Notes under the pieces: model-generated
Told to the model about the DNA's origin: nothing
The model's database searches: none
The model's input: the letters and a program-made list of their open reading frames with translations, nothing else
Source of the DNA: Catajapyx aquilonaris
Taxonomy: Eukaryota
Assembly: GCA_000934665.2 (NCBI GenBank)
Contig: JYFJ02003874.1
Span: 1 to 36,853 of the forward strand
DNA length: 36,853 bases
Direction: 5' to 3'
Position numbers and translations under genes: made by a program
In this document: in pieces, positions 36,174 to 36,853 of the stretch
Layout of the letters: each line of letters starts with the position of its first letter
How positions within the stretch are numbered: the first letter of the stretch is position 1

Positions 36174-36762
36174 CTATACCTCCAAGTCGGTAGACTACAT
36201 TAATTAAAATAGATGGCATATTTGTTAGTGCAAATCCAGTTAGATGACTTTAAAGATTCACACGCCTTTTCTAAACTTTCCCACCCGCTTTTCAAATCAT
36301 GGCCCCCCCTCAATATGTTCCCTCATGTGCAAAAACATACCGACCCTTTTCGACAACAACTTCAAAAATTGAAAGCGTGAAAAAAGTGTCCACTTGCACT
36401 GTGGTTGTCTACACTTGACCACAGAAATCTCATGGGAAATGTTGATCTTCGACTACCAGTTCGACCCTATAGGATGGGGGGGAGTTAGTTTGGAAAGCTT
36501 ATTTGCATATGAAAGAGACTTATGGGAGCTGGTGGAAAAACTGTGCCACGCGACTCATTTTGAAGTGCGTATTTTCATTTTTCACATTATGTGGATAGTC
36601 TGAGGGAAAAAGTGTGCAAATTAATCACAGTGCAAAATTCGACATTATTGCAGATTTCCTTCTTAACCCAAATATGCCTGATTTATGTTTTTGGTTTAAT
36701 TTTTTATTATTATATTATTTTTATGAGCAAATAAAGAACTATAATATGAATTTTTTACTATA

Positions 36763-36853
36763 CAGGGTGTTTATTGTAACTCTGCAAAGACTTTCAGGGG
36801 TAATAGAGGGGACCAAGACAAGTATTTTTGACATAGTAACCTGTGTCCGGAAA
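36763..36853 (+). mobile_element. Left end of a Tc1/mariner-type MITE (truncated by window edge)
   Basis: TA|CAGGGTGTTT terminus typical of invertebrate mariner-derived MITEs. The partner TIR is not visible. Confidence 0.5.

Larger units (their letters stand above)
35513..36192 (+). mobile_element. CACTG-TIR MITE, copy 4, interrupted by two insertions
   Basis: Left part CACTGTAAATCATGTACCGACTTGGAGGTAGTAT runs to about 35700. The right-end remnant ATACTATACCTCCAAGTCGGTA resumes at about 36171. Confidence 0.65.

Overview
Eukaryotic genomic DNA, probably from a protostome/arthropod, carrying the 5' part of a Pitx (Ptx1, paired-like K50 homeobox) gene on the minus strand. Coding exon 1a (21564-21252, His/Gln-rich) splices in phase 1 to the homeobox exon (11355-11075). 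That exon ends at the conserved PRD-class intron between homeodomain residues 46 and 47. I found no exon encoding VWFKNRRAKWR/OAR, so it should lie left of the window (intron 2 >11 kb). A candidate alternative first exon (12213-12096), too short for the ORF track, splices in frame to the homeobox exon. The rest is intronic or upstream non-coding DNA containing: tRNA-derived SINEs (three families share one 3' tail, and one of them carries a V-domain); several MITE/foldback elements, some clustered or nested; a dense TAATCC (K50 homeodomain) cluster about 9 kb upstream of the ATG; and Pho/YY1 + GAGA motif clusters resembling Polycomb response elements. Almost all other listed ORFs look spurious. 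I saw no prokaryotic-type system. All motif counts are by eye.
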